NCBI GenBank assembly: GCA_963668025.2
Contig: CAXXTH010000017.1
Span: 1-64,000, forward strand
Direction of reading: 5' to 3'
Length of the DNA stretch: 64,000 nucleotides
Source of the DNA: Candidatus Hydrogenedentota bacterium
GTDB taxonomy: Bacteria > Hydrogenedentota > Hydrogenedentia > Hydrogenedentales > SLHB01
The notes beneath the pieces were generated by a model. That model worked only from the letters and a program-made list of their open reading frames with translations. It had not been told where the DNA came from and searched no databases. This document shows positions 19,634 to 30,378 of this stretch, piece after piece (position 1 is the first letter of the stretch; every line of letters starts with the position of its first letter). The position numbers were made by a program, and so were the translations under genes.

Positions 19634-20344
19634 ATGCACCAAGACACGTTAATCATTTTGCCCGCACATAACGAGGAGCGCCATGTGGCCGAGGTGGTCC
19701 GGGCGGCGCGCGCCGCCGCGCCAGGGGCAGCCGCCGTGGTGGTGGATGACGGCTCACGTGATGCGACTCGAGAGCGCGCTCTCGAGGCGGGGGCCATTGT
19801 GTTGTCGCTCCCCATCAATCTGGGCTATGGAACGGCGCTTCAAACGGGGTATAAATATGCCTTGCGGCATGGATTTACTTATGCCGTGCAACTGGATAGC
19901 GACGGCCAGCATGACCCGGCGGGCATACCGCTGCTGCTTGAGCGCGTGAAATCGGGCGCGTGCGATGTATGTGTGGGCTCGCGCTTTCTCGAAGGCAGCC
20001 CGTACGCGATTCCTTTTACACGCCGCATGGGGATGTATCTCTTCCGCCGCGTGGCCTCGCGCCTCATCGGCCAAACCATCACCGACCCGACCAGCGGTTT
20101 TCAAGCCATGAACCAGCGGGTGCTCCGGTTTTTTTCGAGCGAGGTGTATCCCGTGGATTATCCCGACACGGACATCCTTGTGCTGCTCCATCGCAACCGG
20201 TTCCGCATCGCCGAAGCTCCTGTTGTTATGCGGGCCGCCGATACCGGCAAATCGATCCACGCGGGCCTGCGCCCAGTGTATTACCTGTTCAAAATGGCGC
20301 TGGCCATTCCCCTCAACCTTATCCGTACGGAGAAAACGCCATGA
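19634..20344 (+). CDS. Glycosyltransferase family 2 (DPM-synthase-like)
   Basis: PAHNEE, VVDDGSRD, NLGYGTAL, DSDGQHDP, GSRF, DPTSGF. Confidence 0.92.
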   Translation: MHQDTLIILPAHNEERHVAEVVRAARAAAPGAAAVVVDDGSRDATRERALEAGAIVLSLPINLGYGTALQTGYKYALRHGFTYAVQLDSDGQHDPAGIPLLLERVKSGACDVCVGSRFLEGSPYAIPFTRRMGMYLFRRVASRLIGQTITDPTSGFQAMNQRVLRFFSSEVYPVDYPDTDILVLLHRNRFRIAEAPVVMRAADTGKSIHAGLRPVYYLFKMALAIPLNLIRTEKTP

Positions 20345-20706
20345 CCCGGCACCAGCAAATCGTCGCCGCGTTGTTCGCCATCACGCTGCTTGTGACCATT
20401 ATCGAGCTGGTGCGCAGGCGCAAGTTGAAAGAAGAATATTCCTGGCTGTGGATCATCGCGGGCATTGGCGGGCTCCTCATCGGCCTGAATTATAACTTGC
20501 TTTTGTTTCTGACACGCTGCATCGGCGCGGGCTGGACCTCCTCCACGCTGTTTTTTCTCGGGATTTTTTTCGTGGTGGCGTTGTGCCTTCAGTTCAGCGT
20601 GAAAATCTCCCGCCTCGAAAATCAAGTGAAAGAGCTTGCCCAGCAGCAAGCTATTCTGCATGCGCGCAAGGCGGACGCCTCGGACGACACCACTCGCTGC
20701 ATCTAG
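20341..20706 (+). CDS. DUF2304-like small membrane protein
   Basis: ELVRRRKLKEEYSWLW, SVKISRLENQVKELAQ; ATGA overlap with the GT2. Confidence 0.82.
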   Translation: MTRHQQIVAALFAITLLVTIIELVRRRKLKEEYSWLWIIAGIGGLLIGLNYNLLLFLTRCIGAGWTSSTLFFLGIFFVVALCLQFSVKISRLENQVKELAQQQAILHARKADASDDTTRCI

Positions 20707-20811
20707 CTCCTGAATCCAAGGAAACCAAAAAGATATGGGTTTTATGCAAAATCTTCGCAAGAAAACAACATTTTGACAGATAGTAGTACCACGTATCGGT
20801 ATAGTGAACGT

Positions 20812-21471
20812 ATGAAGATGAATCAGGAAAACCAGCCATCCAGCCCGCCGGGCTATTACGCGGAGGAGCGCCCGGAGATGCGGCGGTTCATTCCGCGCCA
20901 AGCGCGGCGCGTGCTCGATTGCGGCTGTGGCGAGGGCGTTTTCGCACAGTGGATGCGGGAATCGCTGGGCGCGGAGGTGTGGGGCATCGAGCAAGAGCCG
21001 CAAGCGGGCCAATGCGCCGCGAAAGTGCTCGACCGATTGATTTCGGGCGATATCGTTGAAGTGATGCCTGCCCTGCCGGAAGCCTATTTCGATTGCATTG
21101 TTTTCAACGATGTGCTGGAGCATATCATGGAGCCGGATGTAGTGCTGCGTTTGATGCGCTCCAAACTCGCCCCAGGCGGCGTAGTGGTGGCCAGCATCCC
21201 GAATGTACGCTTCTTCCATGTGCTGTGCGCGTATGTCTTGCGCGGCAATTGGCGGTATACCGCCCGTGGCATATGCGACACGACTCATGTCCGTTTTTTT
21301 ACTCGGAGCAGCATCATCGAGCTGTTTCATGAAACGGGCTACGCCATGGAGGCCATCGAGGGGATCAACGGCATCGTTTTTTGGAAATACGCGATCATCA
21401 ATGCGATTACGCTCGGGGCATTCTGGGACACGCGGTATCGCCAGTTCGCATGCGTCGCGCGCCCGATATGA
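20812..21471 (+). CDS. Class I SAM-dependent methyltransferase
   Basis: VLDCGCGEG, FDCIVFNDVLEHI, SIPNVR, DTTHVRFFT. Confidence 0.9.
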   Translation: MKMNQENQPSSPPGYYAEERPEMRRFIPRQARRVLDCGCGEGVFAQWMRESLGAEVWGIEQEPQAGQCAAKVLDRLISGDIVEVMPALPEAYFDCIVFNDVLEHIMEPDVVLRLMRSKLAPGGVVVASIPNVRFFHVLCAYVLRGNWRYTARGICDTTHVRFFTRSSIIELFHETGYAMEAIEGINGIVFWKYAIINAITLGAFWDTRYRQFACVARPI

Positions 21472-22972
21472 CGGCGCCGGAACCATTGGAAGCGCCCGCG
21501 AAAAAACGACTCTCGGCGCTTTCGCTCTCACATATCGTGCTGCTGGGCATGGCGTTCGCCGCATGCGACGGCGCGAGCTATTTCCTGCAAGGTGGAACCG
21601 CAACAGCCTCGGTGGCGGTGCAATGCTTGATTATCCTGCTGGCCGCCCTATTCGATATCCGGCTGGGAATCACCTGTTTCGCCGTCTTGCTCGTGTTCGC
21701 CGACGAAATTTCCCGTTATCTATATGACACGAGCGGCGATTCTGGCGTGGCCAGCATGTTGACCGTATCCGCTGGCGGCATCGCGGCGGCAAATTTCGCC
21801 GCGCTTGCGCTCATGCTCCTTGCCGCCGCGGCAGCCCTGGCTGCGCTGGCTCAAAGCACCTAAGGCCTTTACACTCACCCAGGCGGATCGTGCCATGGCT
21901 GCGGTGGGATTGCTGTTTGGCGTATCGGCGCTGTTGCATGCGGGTGCATTGCTGCCAAACTTCCGCATCGCCGCAAAACCAGCTCAATCTTCCGATCATG
22001 GCCTGCGGGCTGTATTTTGTTATGCGGACCGCGTTTACCCGGCGCGAAGAAGCCATTTTTTTCTGGCGCATCCTCATGGCGGCGATAGCGGCCAAGCTTA
22101 TCGCCTGGACGATGCTCGCCGCTATCGGGATAGGCTCGGAATTCGGCAGTACATTGAGGGTCGGGTTTGGCTCGACGTGGACGCTCTTTGTGTTGCTGCT
22201 GGCCTATTGCCTGATTATGCAGCAGAAGGGATTGCGCATCCGGAGGCGGGATAAAATGCTGGCGCTGGGTTGCGCCATCGCGGCGGTATTTTTGCTGCTC
22301 ATGTCCGCCGGACGCATGTTGTGGGTGCTCACGGCGGGCAGCGTGGGCATCATGCTGCTCTTTGGCCCTGGCCGCGCCAAACTGACTATGCTGTTCGGCG
22401 GTGTGTTGTGCATGGGGTTGGGATACGTGGCGCTCGTGCATTACCGCCCCGAATCCCTTGAAACAGTCCATTCCATGTTAAGCACCTTGCGGTTTTGGGA
22501 TGAGAGCAGCGTGTCCTCTTCCGATTCCACCCGCGTTCGGTTGTATGAGTTGGCCAATATTCATGCGCAATTGGCGGAAAACGGACAACTCATCACCGGA
22601 GCCGGACCCGGCGGAACCTTCTCAGATACGCACTATCCCTACCCATTCGGCATCTACGCCGCTGATTATCCCAATGAGGAGATCGAGGTGCGGCAGTTTC
22701 GCAATCCTCACACGCTGATTGCCTTCCTGCTGCTTCAAGTGGGCTACGGAGGAATGGTGATCTACCTTGTGGCCATGGCCGTGATATGGTGGTCTTGCCT
22801 TCGAGCGTATCGGAAAGAGGCCCATCCCATGGGTAAAGCCATTGCATTATCCCTGTTCGCGTTTCTTCCCTGCATGATCTACATGACCTGGAACTCGAAA
22901 GCGAACATGCTGCTGGGAATCCTATTGGGCATGGCGGGTGTTGTACAGGCCAGCCAGCAAGTGAAAGAATAA
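21468..22972 (+). CDS. O-antigen ligase/Wzy-like membrane protein, with two frameshifts (~21850, ~21975)
   Basis: Hydrophobic coding continues across three frames; periplasmic loop STRVR..E, GAGPGG, NPH..LLQVGYGG. Confidence 0.65.
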
Positions 22973-23249
22973 TAAAAACAGCCGGGAAGCTTTTTAGACC
23001 ACGAAATACGCGGCGCGGCGTGGCCGCAACCAAACGTCCAGCTCTTTTGACCGCGAATGGATGCGAATGAAGACGAATATATCCTTTAAGATGTTTTTGC
23101 AACTCCGTGGCATAGGCGTCCCGCCCATGTGGTGAGTAAACCTTGAGCAAAACGCCATCTATAGAGCCGGTATATGAAACGATGTAATGTGACTGGATTT
23201 GTGGTCCAAAAAATCCGCTCCCGTGGCGGCGACTAGAAGGAGGCGGCAC

Positions 23250-24200
23250 ATGCCGGTTGGAAAACGATTCAAGATTGGGGTCATCGGCGCAGGCAACGTG
23301 GGTGCGACAGTGGCGCAATACTGCCTTGACATGGAGCTGGGCGATGTCGTGCTCACGGATATCGTTGAAGGCCTGCCACAGGGCAAGGCCCTTGACCTCA
23401 CCCAGGCGGGGCCGGTGCGCGGCTATAGCTGTGCGGCCACTGGCACGAATGACTACGCCGATCTCGCTGGCTGCGCCGTGGTGGTGGTGACGGCGGGCCT
23501 GCCTCGCAAACCGGGCATGGACCGGCTGGATCTGCTGGGCAAAAATGGCGGCATCATCTCCGGCATTTGTGAAAACATCGCGCGTTACGCCCCAGAATGC
23601 GTGGCGATCATTGTCACCAATCCCCTTGATGTGATGGCCTATCTCGCATTGAAAAAACTCGGATTCCCGCCCCGGCGCGTCGTGGGCATGGCGGGCATTC
23701 TCGATGCCGCCCGCCTGCGCTCCTTCGTGGCGGCGGAACTGGGCGTAAGCATGAAAAACGTGGACACCATGCTGCTGGGCTCCCACGGCAACGAGATGGT
23801 GCCGCTGGCGCGCTATACCACCGTGTCGGGCGTGCCCATCACCCAGCTCATGCCACAAGACCGCATCGACGCGCTCATCGACCGCACGCGCAAAGGCGGC
23901 GGCGAAATCGTTTCACTGCTCAAGACGGGCAGCGCCTTTTATGCGCCAGGGGCCAGCGTGGCGCGCATGGTGCAGTGCGTTCTAAATGGTGAAGAGCAGA
24001 TTGTACCCTGTTCCGCCTATTTGACGGGGCAATACGGGATTCAAGACGTGTTCATCGGCGTGCCGGTGCGCCTGGGCAAGATGGGCGTCGAAGAGATTCT
24101 CGAACTCGGCCTGAGCAAGGAAGAACTCGATGCCCTGCACAAATCCGTGGCCGAAGTGCGCTCGGGAATCGACGGCCTCAAGGAAGTCGGCGTGCTCTGA
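23250..24200 (+). CDS. mdh: Malate dehydrogenase (LDH-like)
   Basis: IGAGNVG, GLPQGKALD, TAGLPRKPGMDR, VTNPLD, GMAGILD, LGSHG, RTRKGGGEIV. Confidence 0.95.
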   Translation: MPVGKRFKIGVIGAGNVGATVAQYCLDMELGDVVLTDIVEGLPQGKALDLTQAGPVRGYSCAATGTNDYADLAGCAVVVVTAGLPRKPGMDRLDLLGKNGGIISGICENIARYAPECVAIIVTNPLDVMAYLALKKLGFPPRRVVGMAGILDAARLRSFVAAELGVSMKNVDTMLLGSHGNEMVPLARYTTVSGVPITQLMPQDRIDALIDRTRKGGGEIVSLLKTGSAFYAPGASVARMVQCVLNGEEQIVPCSAYLTGQYGIQDVFIGVPVRLGKMGVEEILELGLSKEELDALHKSVAEVRSGIDGLKEVGVL

Positions 24201-24486
24201 TCGATGTAGGGTGGGGCTCTCCTCGTGGCCTGGGCGTCCCGGCCATGCCACGATATGGGATGATGCTGAAGGTTGCAGAATGGTGTGCCGAAAGCACAAT
24301 CCCACCACAGCTCAGGGCCGCCCACCGCCTGTAAGGCAAGGGCGTCCCTGGGTATACGTATAGATGAATCTCTAAATTACCATGAAGGAGCATCCCTCAA
24401 AAAAACATCCAGAGATCGCCCTTCCGGCTTGTCCGCGCATAGGCATTAGTGACACAATTAAAAACCATAACGCGGAGAAATATGCC

Positions 24487-25062
24487 ATGAAAATACAAGA
24501 GAATGATATCCTGGTGGTGGTGGATATGCAGAATGATTTCTGCCCGGGGGGTGCTTTGGCGGTCGAGGGTGGCGATGAACTCGTGCCGATCATCAACTCC
24601 ATTATACCAAAATTCCAGCATGTGGCTTTCACACGTGACTGGCACCCCGCGAATCATTGCAGTTTCAGCGCGAATCCTCTCTTCATGGATAAGAGCTGGC
24701 CTGCCCATTGCGTACAACACACCCACGGCGCGGAATTCCATCCGGGCCTGAATATGCCAGAAAATCCCTGGATTGTCAGCAAGGCGATGGATCCCGCCCG
24801 CGAGAGTTATAGTGATTTTGACGGTACGGGATTTGGAGATATGTTGCGCCAGCGAGGGATCTTTCGCATTTTTGTTTGCGGCATAGCCACGGATTTTTGC
24901 GTGAAGGCCACGGTTTTTGACGGCCTTAATGAAGGTTTCGCTGCCGTGATGATCGAGGATGCCTGCCGCGCCGTGGACAATCCGCCCGGCACGGGCGCGG
25001 CGGTTATTGAGGCTATGCGGGCAGTGGGCGTAACCTTTTGTATGACTGGAGAACTCGAATGA
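24487..25062 (+). CDS. pncA: Nicotinamidase/pyrazinamidase
   Basis: VDMQNDFCPGGALAV, TRDWHP, WPAHCVQ, GIATDFCV. Confidence 0.93.
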   Translation: MKIQENDILVVVDMQNDFCPGGALAVEGGDELVPIINSIIPKFQHVAFTRDWHPANHCSFSANPLFMDKSWPAHCVQHTHGAEFHPGLNMPENPWIVSKAMDPARESYSDFDGTGFGDMLRQRGIFRIFVCGIATDFCVKATVFDGLNEGFAAVMIEDACRAVDNPPGTGAAVIEAMRAVGVTFCMTGELE

Positions 25063-26522
25063 ATTGCGCTTCACAATCTTGGCTTCGCCGGGAAGGCCTC
25101 GCCCTGCTCACGGATTTCTACGAACTAACAATGGCGGCCGGCTACATAAAAGAGCACCGGGTGGATAAGCGGGTATGTTTCGAGTATTTTTTCCGTTCAT
25201 TGCCTCCCCACAATGGATTCGCCATCGCGGCTGGGCTTGAGCCTTTTCTAGATTATCTTGAGAATTTGCGCTTTTCAGCGGATGACATTTCATACCTGCG
25301 CAGCCTTGGGATTTTCGATGAATCATTCTTTTCCTTTTTGGAGTCTTTCCGGCCGCAATGCACCGTGCGGGCTATCCGGGAAGGCTCGGTGGTGTTTCCC
25401 CATGAACCCATCATCCAGTTTGAAGGAACCATTTGCGAAGGCCAGATTATCGAGGCGGCGCTGCTGAATTTTCTCAACTATCAAACCCTTATCGCCACGA
25501 AAGCATCGAGGGTTTGCCTGGCCGCCATGGGCGAACCGGTATACGAATTTGGCTTGCGCCGCGCCCACGGCCCTGACGGCGGGGTGAGCGGCTCCCGGGC
25601 GGCTTATATAGGCGGTTGCGTTTCCACCTCGAATGTCCTTGCGGGGCGGGTATACGGCATACCGATTTCCGGCACGCACGCCCATAGCTGGGTCATGAGC
25701 TTCAAAAATGAACTCGAGGCCTTTCGCGCATTCGCGCGGATATATCCAAACCGCTGCGTGTTGTTGGTGGACACCTACGACACCTTGGATAGCGGCGTAC
25801 CAAATGCCATTCAAACTTACCGGGAAATGCGGGAGGCGGGCCATGCGGTCCGCCCGGCGATACGGCTTGATTCGGGCGACTTAGCGAAGCTGAGCAAAGC
25901 GGCCTACCGCATGATGGCCGATGCAGGATTTGACGATCCCTTGATTGTGGCTTCCAACGACCTGGATGAAGACTTGATCGCCGACCTCAAACGCCAAGGC
26001 GCGCGCATCAATGCATGGGGCGTCGGCACCAACCTAATCACTTCCCATGACTGCCCATCGCTTAGCGGCGTGTACAAGCTGGTCGCGGTCTCGGAGCATG
26101 GCCAGTGGATTCCCCGCATGAAAACCACTTCCAACATGGAAAAAAGCACCGACCCCTGCCGGAAACAAGTCATGCGCTACTTCAATGAAGCAGGCCAGCC
26201 CCTTGGAGACGTCCTGTGTGACCGGGAAGAAGAGCCGCTGCAATCAGGCGATATCAACGGCCATCATCGCACCCAGCGCAACGTCCATTCCCGCTTGCGC
26301 GCCACTCATCATGCCCAGCCGCTCCTGGAAGAAGTGTTCCGCGCTGGACGCCGCACACGCCCAGCCCCATCCATGGAGGAAATCCGCCGGCATGCCCAGG
26401 CGCAAATCGCCTGCTTGCCCGATGAATTCAAGCGCTTGCGCAATCCCGAGATCTATAAAGTGATGCTCTCGGAAACCCTCGGCCACATGAAAGAAGAAAT
26501 ACTAACGTTTTTGGATAGATAA
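25059..26522 (+). CDS. pncB: Nicotinate phosphoribosyltransferase
   Basis: LLTDFYELTM, EFGLRRAHG, GTHAHSWV, LVDTYD, IRLDSGDL, GVYKL. Confidence 0.95.
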   Translation: MNCASQSWLRREGLALLTDFYELTMAAGYIKEHRVDKRVCFEYFFRSLPPHNGFAIAAGLEPFLDYLENLRFSADDISYLRSLGIFDESFFSFLESFRPQCTVRAIREGSVVFPHEPIIQFEGTICEGQIIEAALLNFLNYQTLIATKASRVCLAAMGEPVYEFGLRRAHGPDGGVSGSRAAYIGGCVSTSNVLAGRVYGIPISGTHAHSWVMSFKNELEAFRAFARIYPNRCVLLVDTYDTLDSGVPNAIQTYREMREAGHAVRPAIRLDSGDLAKLSKAAYRMMADAGFDDPLIVASNDLDEDLIADLKRQGARINAWGVGTNLITSHDCPSLSGVYKLVAVSEHGQWIPRMKTTSNMEKSTDPCRKQVMRYFNEAGQPLGDVLCDREEEPLQSGDINGHHRTQRNVHSRLRATHHAQPLLEEVFRAGRRTRPAPSMEEIRRHAQAQIACLPDEFKRLRNPEIYKVMLSETLGHMKEEILTFLDR

Positions 26523-26572
26523 AGAAAATCCAAGCCAATGCCGCGCCATGAATAGCTCTATTATGAACAACT

Positions 26573-26615
26573 TTTGCACACCAATTTGGTGCAAATGTTG
26601 TCAACTCTGACAACA
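26573..26615. promoter_or_regulatory. Two adjacent palindromes, candidate enhancer-binding-protein sites
   Basis: TTTGCAC-N9-GTGCAAA (26573-26595) and TGTTGTCA-N4-TGACAACA (26596-26615), ~100-140 bp upstream of the sigma-54 site. Confidence 0.55.
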
Positions 26616-26710
26616 CGATAACGGCTAAAAATCCGCGATGGGAGTATTCTTTTAGTTCTCCTGCACCAAAATCAGGTGTAACTCCTTCATTTTCAATGGT
26701 GTCAAAAAAC

Positions 26711-26726
26711 TGGCACACCTCTTGCT
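26711..26726 (+). promoter_or_regulatory. Sigma-54 (-24/-12) promoter
   Basis: TGGCAC-ACCTC-TTGCT, an exact match to TGGCAC-N5-TTGCW. Confidence 0.8.
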
Positions 26727-26848
26727 CTTCTATTGTCAGTCGGGAGAACACTCCTCCGAAAAGCGGGGTAATCCAACTAGCCCTTGTGGAGTTGGCAAGA
26801 GTAAAACGGGAAACGATGCGTATTTCTAGCGCAGAAGGAGAACATGAG

Positions 26849-27502
26849 ATGAAGAAAATGATGCTGTTAGGCATGGCTGTAATGATGGCCGCCTCCTTTG
26901 CCGCGTATGCGGATACAGTAGGAGCAACGACGGACACCACTACGTTTACTTTCGTACCGTCAGACGCGGATCTCGGCGATTTGGCGCATGAGTATGCGTA
27001 TATCTGGGGCGTTACGAGAAACAACTCCTGGATCCCCGAAGGGGAAGAAATCATCAGTGCGACACTGACGCTTACAGGAATTAGCAATTGGGACAATAAC
27101 ACCAACCATCTGTACATTCATCTATTAGATGAAACGACGTATGGCCTTACCACCAAGAGTGATAATCCCAGCGATCGGGCAAATAACGGCGACTATTTCA
27201 CGACCGTATATACCGGCGAGGAAACGGCGCTTGTCACGTACGATAATCTGACCACCAGGGCGGTGACGCTGACCTATACCTTCACGGCGGATGAACTTGC
27301 CGCGTTGAATGATTATGCGTCGGCAGGCACCTTTGGTCTCGGTTTTGATCCCGATTGCCACTATTACAATAGCGGCGTCAAGCTGGTCATCACGACCGCC
27401 CCGAGCAAAGTGGTGGTGCCAGAACCGGCCACGATTTCACTGCTCGGTTTGGGTGTCGCCGGCATGGCCCTGCGCTTCATGAAGCGCCGCGCACGCGCCT
27501 AA
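26849..27502 (+). CDS. PEP-CTERM sorting-domain surface protein
   Basis: Signal peptide, Thr/Asp-rich body, VPEPATISLLGLGVAGMALRFMKRR; RBS AAGGAG. Confidence 0.93.
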   Translation: MKKMMLLGMAVMMAASFAAYADTVGATTDTTTFTFVPSDADLGDLAHEYAYIWGVTRNNSWIPEGEEIISATLTLTGISNWDNNTNHLYIHLLDETTYGLTTKSDNPSDRANNGDYFTTVYTGEETALVTYDNLTTRAVTLTYTFTADELAALNDYASAGTFGLGFDPDCHYYNSGVKLVITTAPSKVVVPEPATISLLGLGVAGMALRFMKRRARA

Positions 27503-27527
27503 TTGGTCTCATGCATCTGAAATAAAT

Positions 27528-27565
27528 TCCCCGGCTTTCCGCTAAGGAAAGCCGGGGGATTTTCT
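27528..27565. terminator. Intrinsic terminator between convergent genes
   Basis: CCCCGGCTTTCC-GCTAA-GGAAAGCCGGGG followed by a T-rich tract. Confidence 0.8.
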
Positions 27566-27583
27566 TTCAAGCGCATGGTTTTG

Positions 27584-28936
<1,353 letters not shown>

Positions 28937-29114
28937 TTAGTTTGACTATTTGCCCGGAATTGAACGACACTCTAGCAGGTTGAAATGAATGCGTAAAGTA
29001 GAAAATCACACTAAAACAACAAACGGAATATTGATGGCGGGGTGCCGCGTCTTCGAAGCTCACTTCATATGCAGGCTGCGACGTTCCGCCAAGGGCGGCA
29101 TCCGCTTGGCGCAC

Positions 29115-29148
29115 TAAAAAAACGAGGCTGGCCTTGCGCCAGCCTCGT
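29115..29148 (-). terminator. Intrinsic terminator after the MerR gene
   Basis: ACGAGGCTGGC-N5-GCCAGCCTCGT with a U-tract on the minus strand. Confidence 0.75.
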
Positions 29149-29174
29149 CTGCATTCCATCCGTGTTTCAGAAGA

Positions 29175-29696
29175 TTATTTTTGCGACCACGCCCGGATCT
29201 GCTTGATCTCATTCGCATCAATCCCCAGGGACGCCATGAATTCCTCGTGCGCCTCGCCGGACATTTTTTCAAATTCCTTGTGCCAGCGCTGCATATCCGT
29301 ATCCGACAGGCCGGCTGACCGCATCAGGGCGATCCATTGCTCTTTGTTTAACATCATATTTCCTTCCTGAACACCGTGCGGACTCAATAACCGCACGATT
29401 AATCGTTGCTGCCGTTTGAGGGCCATGATCTCTTCATTCAATTCGGTGAACCGGCGTTTGAGAATTTCCTTGTAGCCTTTTGGGCAATCATCGTCCAGCA
29501 TCCGGCGGATATCCGCCAGCGGCACGCCTGCGGAACGGTACAGGCATATCCGCCTCAACCTGTCGGCATCCGTATCCGTGTATACCCGGTAACGGCTGCC
29601 GCTCCGAAGGGACGGTTTCAGCAGGCCGATGGCGTCGTAATGAAGCAATGTGCCCCGGCTCAAGCCAAATTCCCGCGCTAATTCACCAATACTCAT
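29175..29696 (-). CDS. MerR-family transcriptional regulator
   Basis: MSIGELARE..TLLHYDAIGLLKP..YRVY; start may be 29711. Confidence 0.9.
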   Translation of the reverse strand: MSIGELAREFGLSRGTLLHYDAIGLLKPSLRSGSRYRVYTDTDADRLRRICLYRSAGVPLADIRRMLDDDCPKGYKEILKRRFTELNEEIMALKRQQRLIVRLLSPHGVQEGNMMLNKEQWIALMRSAGLSDTDMQRWHKEFEKMSGEAHEEFMASLGIDANEIKQIRAWSQK

Positions 29697-29839
29697 ATTT
29701 TTCTCCACCATCACTATCGCCCGGCCGGACGTTTTCTTCGCCACCGCTTCGCTTCAGGCGTCCCCAAAATGAAAGCGGTACGGGACTTCTGGCCAAGGGC
29801 GGGATCCGCGTAATGACCCTTGGCCGCGCGCTGATGAAA

Positions 29840-29870
29840 ACTCTACACTGTATAGTCATGATCAGGTCAA
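29840..29870 (-). promoter_or_regulatory. MerR-type sigma-70 promoter with 19-bp spacer
   Basis: Minus strand TTGACC-TGATCATGACTATACAGTG(19)-TAGAGT with an imperfect dyad in the spacer. Confidence 0.7.
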
Positions 29871-29933
29871 GGGAATAGATGCATGTACGGGAGAGAATTC
29901 GAGTCCTGGGTAAATACGGTTTATCGGACACAT

Positions 29934-29965
29934 AAAAAAGGGGAAAAGCACGCTTTTCCCCTTTT
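29934..29965. terminator. Intrinsic terminator
   Basis: AAAAGGGGAAAAGC-AC-GCTTTTCCCCTTTT, with a U-tract on the minus strand. Confidence 0.8.
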
Positions 29966-30019
29966 CAGTACATCTTATATGCGCCGCCGGTTCGCCCAGC
30001 GGCGCAAACTCAACCTAGT

Positions 30020-30166
30020 TTACGCTTCATCCTCATCTTTGGCGATATGTCCCATCAAAACACCAATGGGATCAGCCAAAAATCCCGTAATCGAATCCTT
30101 GAGATCAGGATGATTGGTCACGCAAAACGCCGGCGCCTGAATAGAGATATGCTTCGTGTGTTTCAT
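30020..30166 (-). CDS. Small protein (48 aa) of unknown function, absent from the ORF track
   Basis: MKHTKHISIQAPAFCVTNHPDLKDSITGFLADPIGVLMGHIAKDEDEA*; RBS GGGAGAAG; own promoter and terminator. Confidence 0.7.
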   Translation of the reverse strand: MKHTKHISIQAPAFCVTNHPDLKDSITGFLADPIGVLMGHIAKDEDEA

Positions 30167-30211
30167 GTTTCTTCTCCCACTTGTTTGGTTAAGTTGGTCC
30201 CATTTAGTAAA

Positions 30212-30240
30212 AACGTAACACAGAAGTGCTTATAATGCAA
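30212..30240 (-). promoter_or_regulatory. Sigma-70 promoter of the small ORF
   Basis: TTGCAT-17 bp-TACGTT with an extended -10 TG. Confidence 0.55.
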
Positions 30241-30334
30241 CATCTATTTTTTCTACATTTGCCCCGGGTTCCAGTAGCAGAGGAGGTGGACTCTATATAC
30301 ATACGGCCGTTTTTCTTTAGTTTTCACAAAAATA

Positions 30335-30367
30335 GCGCCAGGGGAACCGTATGGAATCCCCTGGCGC
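30335..30367 (-). terminator. Terminator after pfk
   Basis: GCGCCAGGGGA...TCCCCTGGCGC hairpin followed by TATTTT on the minus strand. Confidence 0.7.
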
Positions 30368-30378
30368 GGACATGAAAA

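Noticed and set aside
26740-26830. c-di-GMP riboswitch in the PEP-CTERM leader
   Set aside because: It has a GAAA loop but lacks the GGCAAA and GACGCAAA conserved segments.
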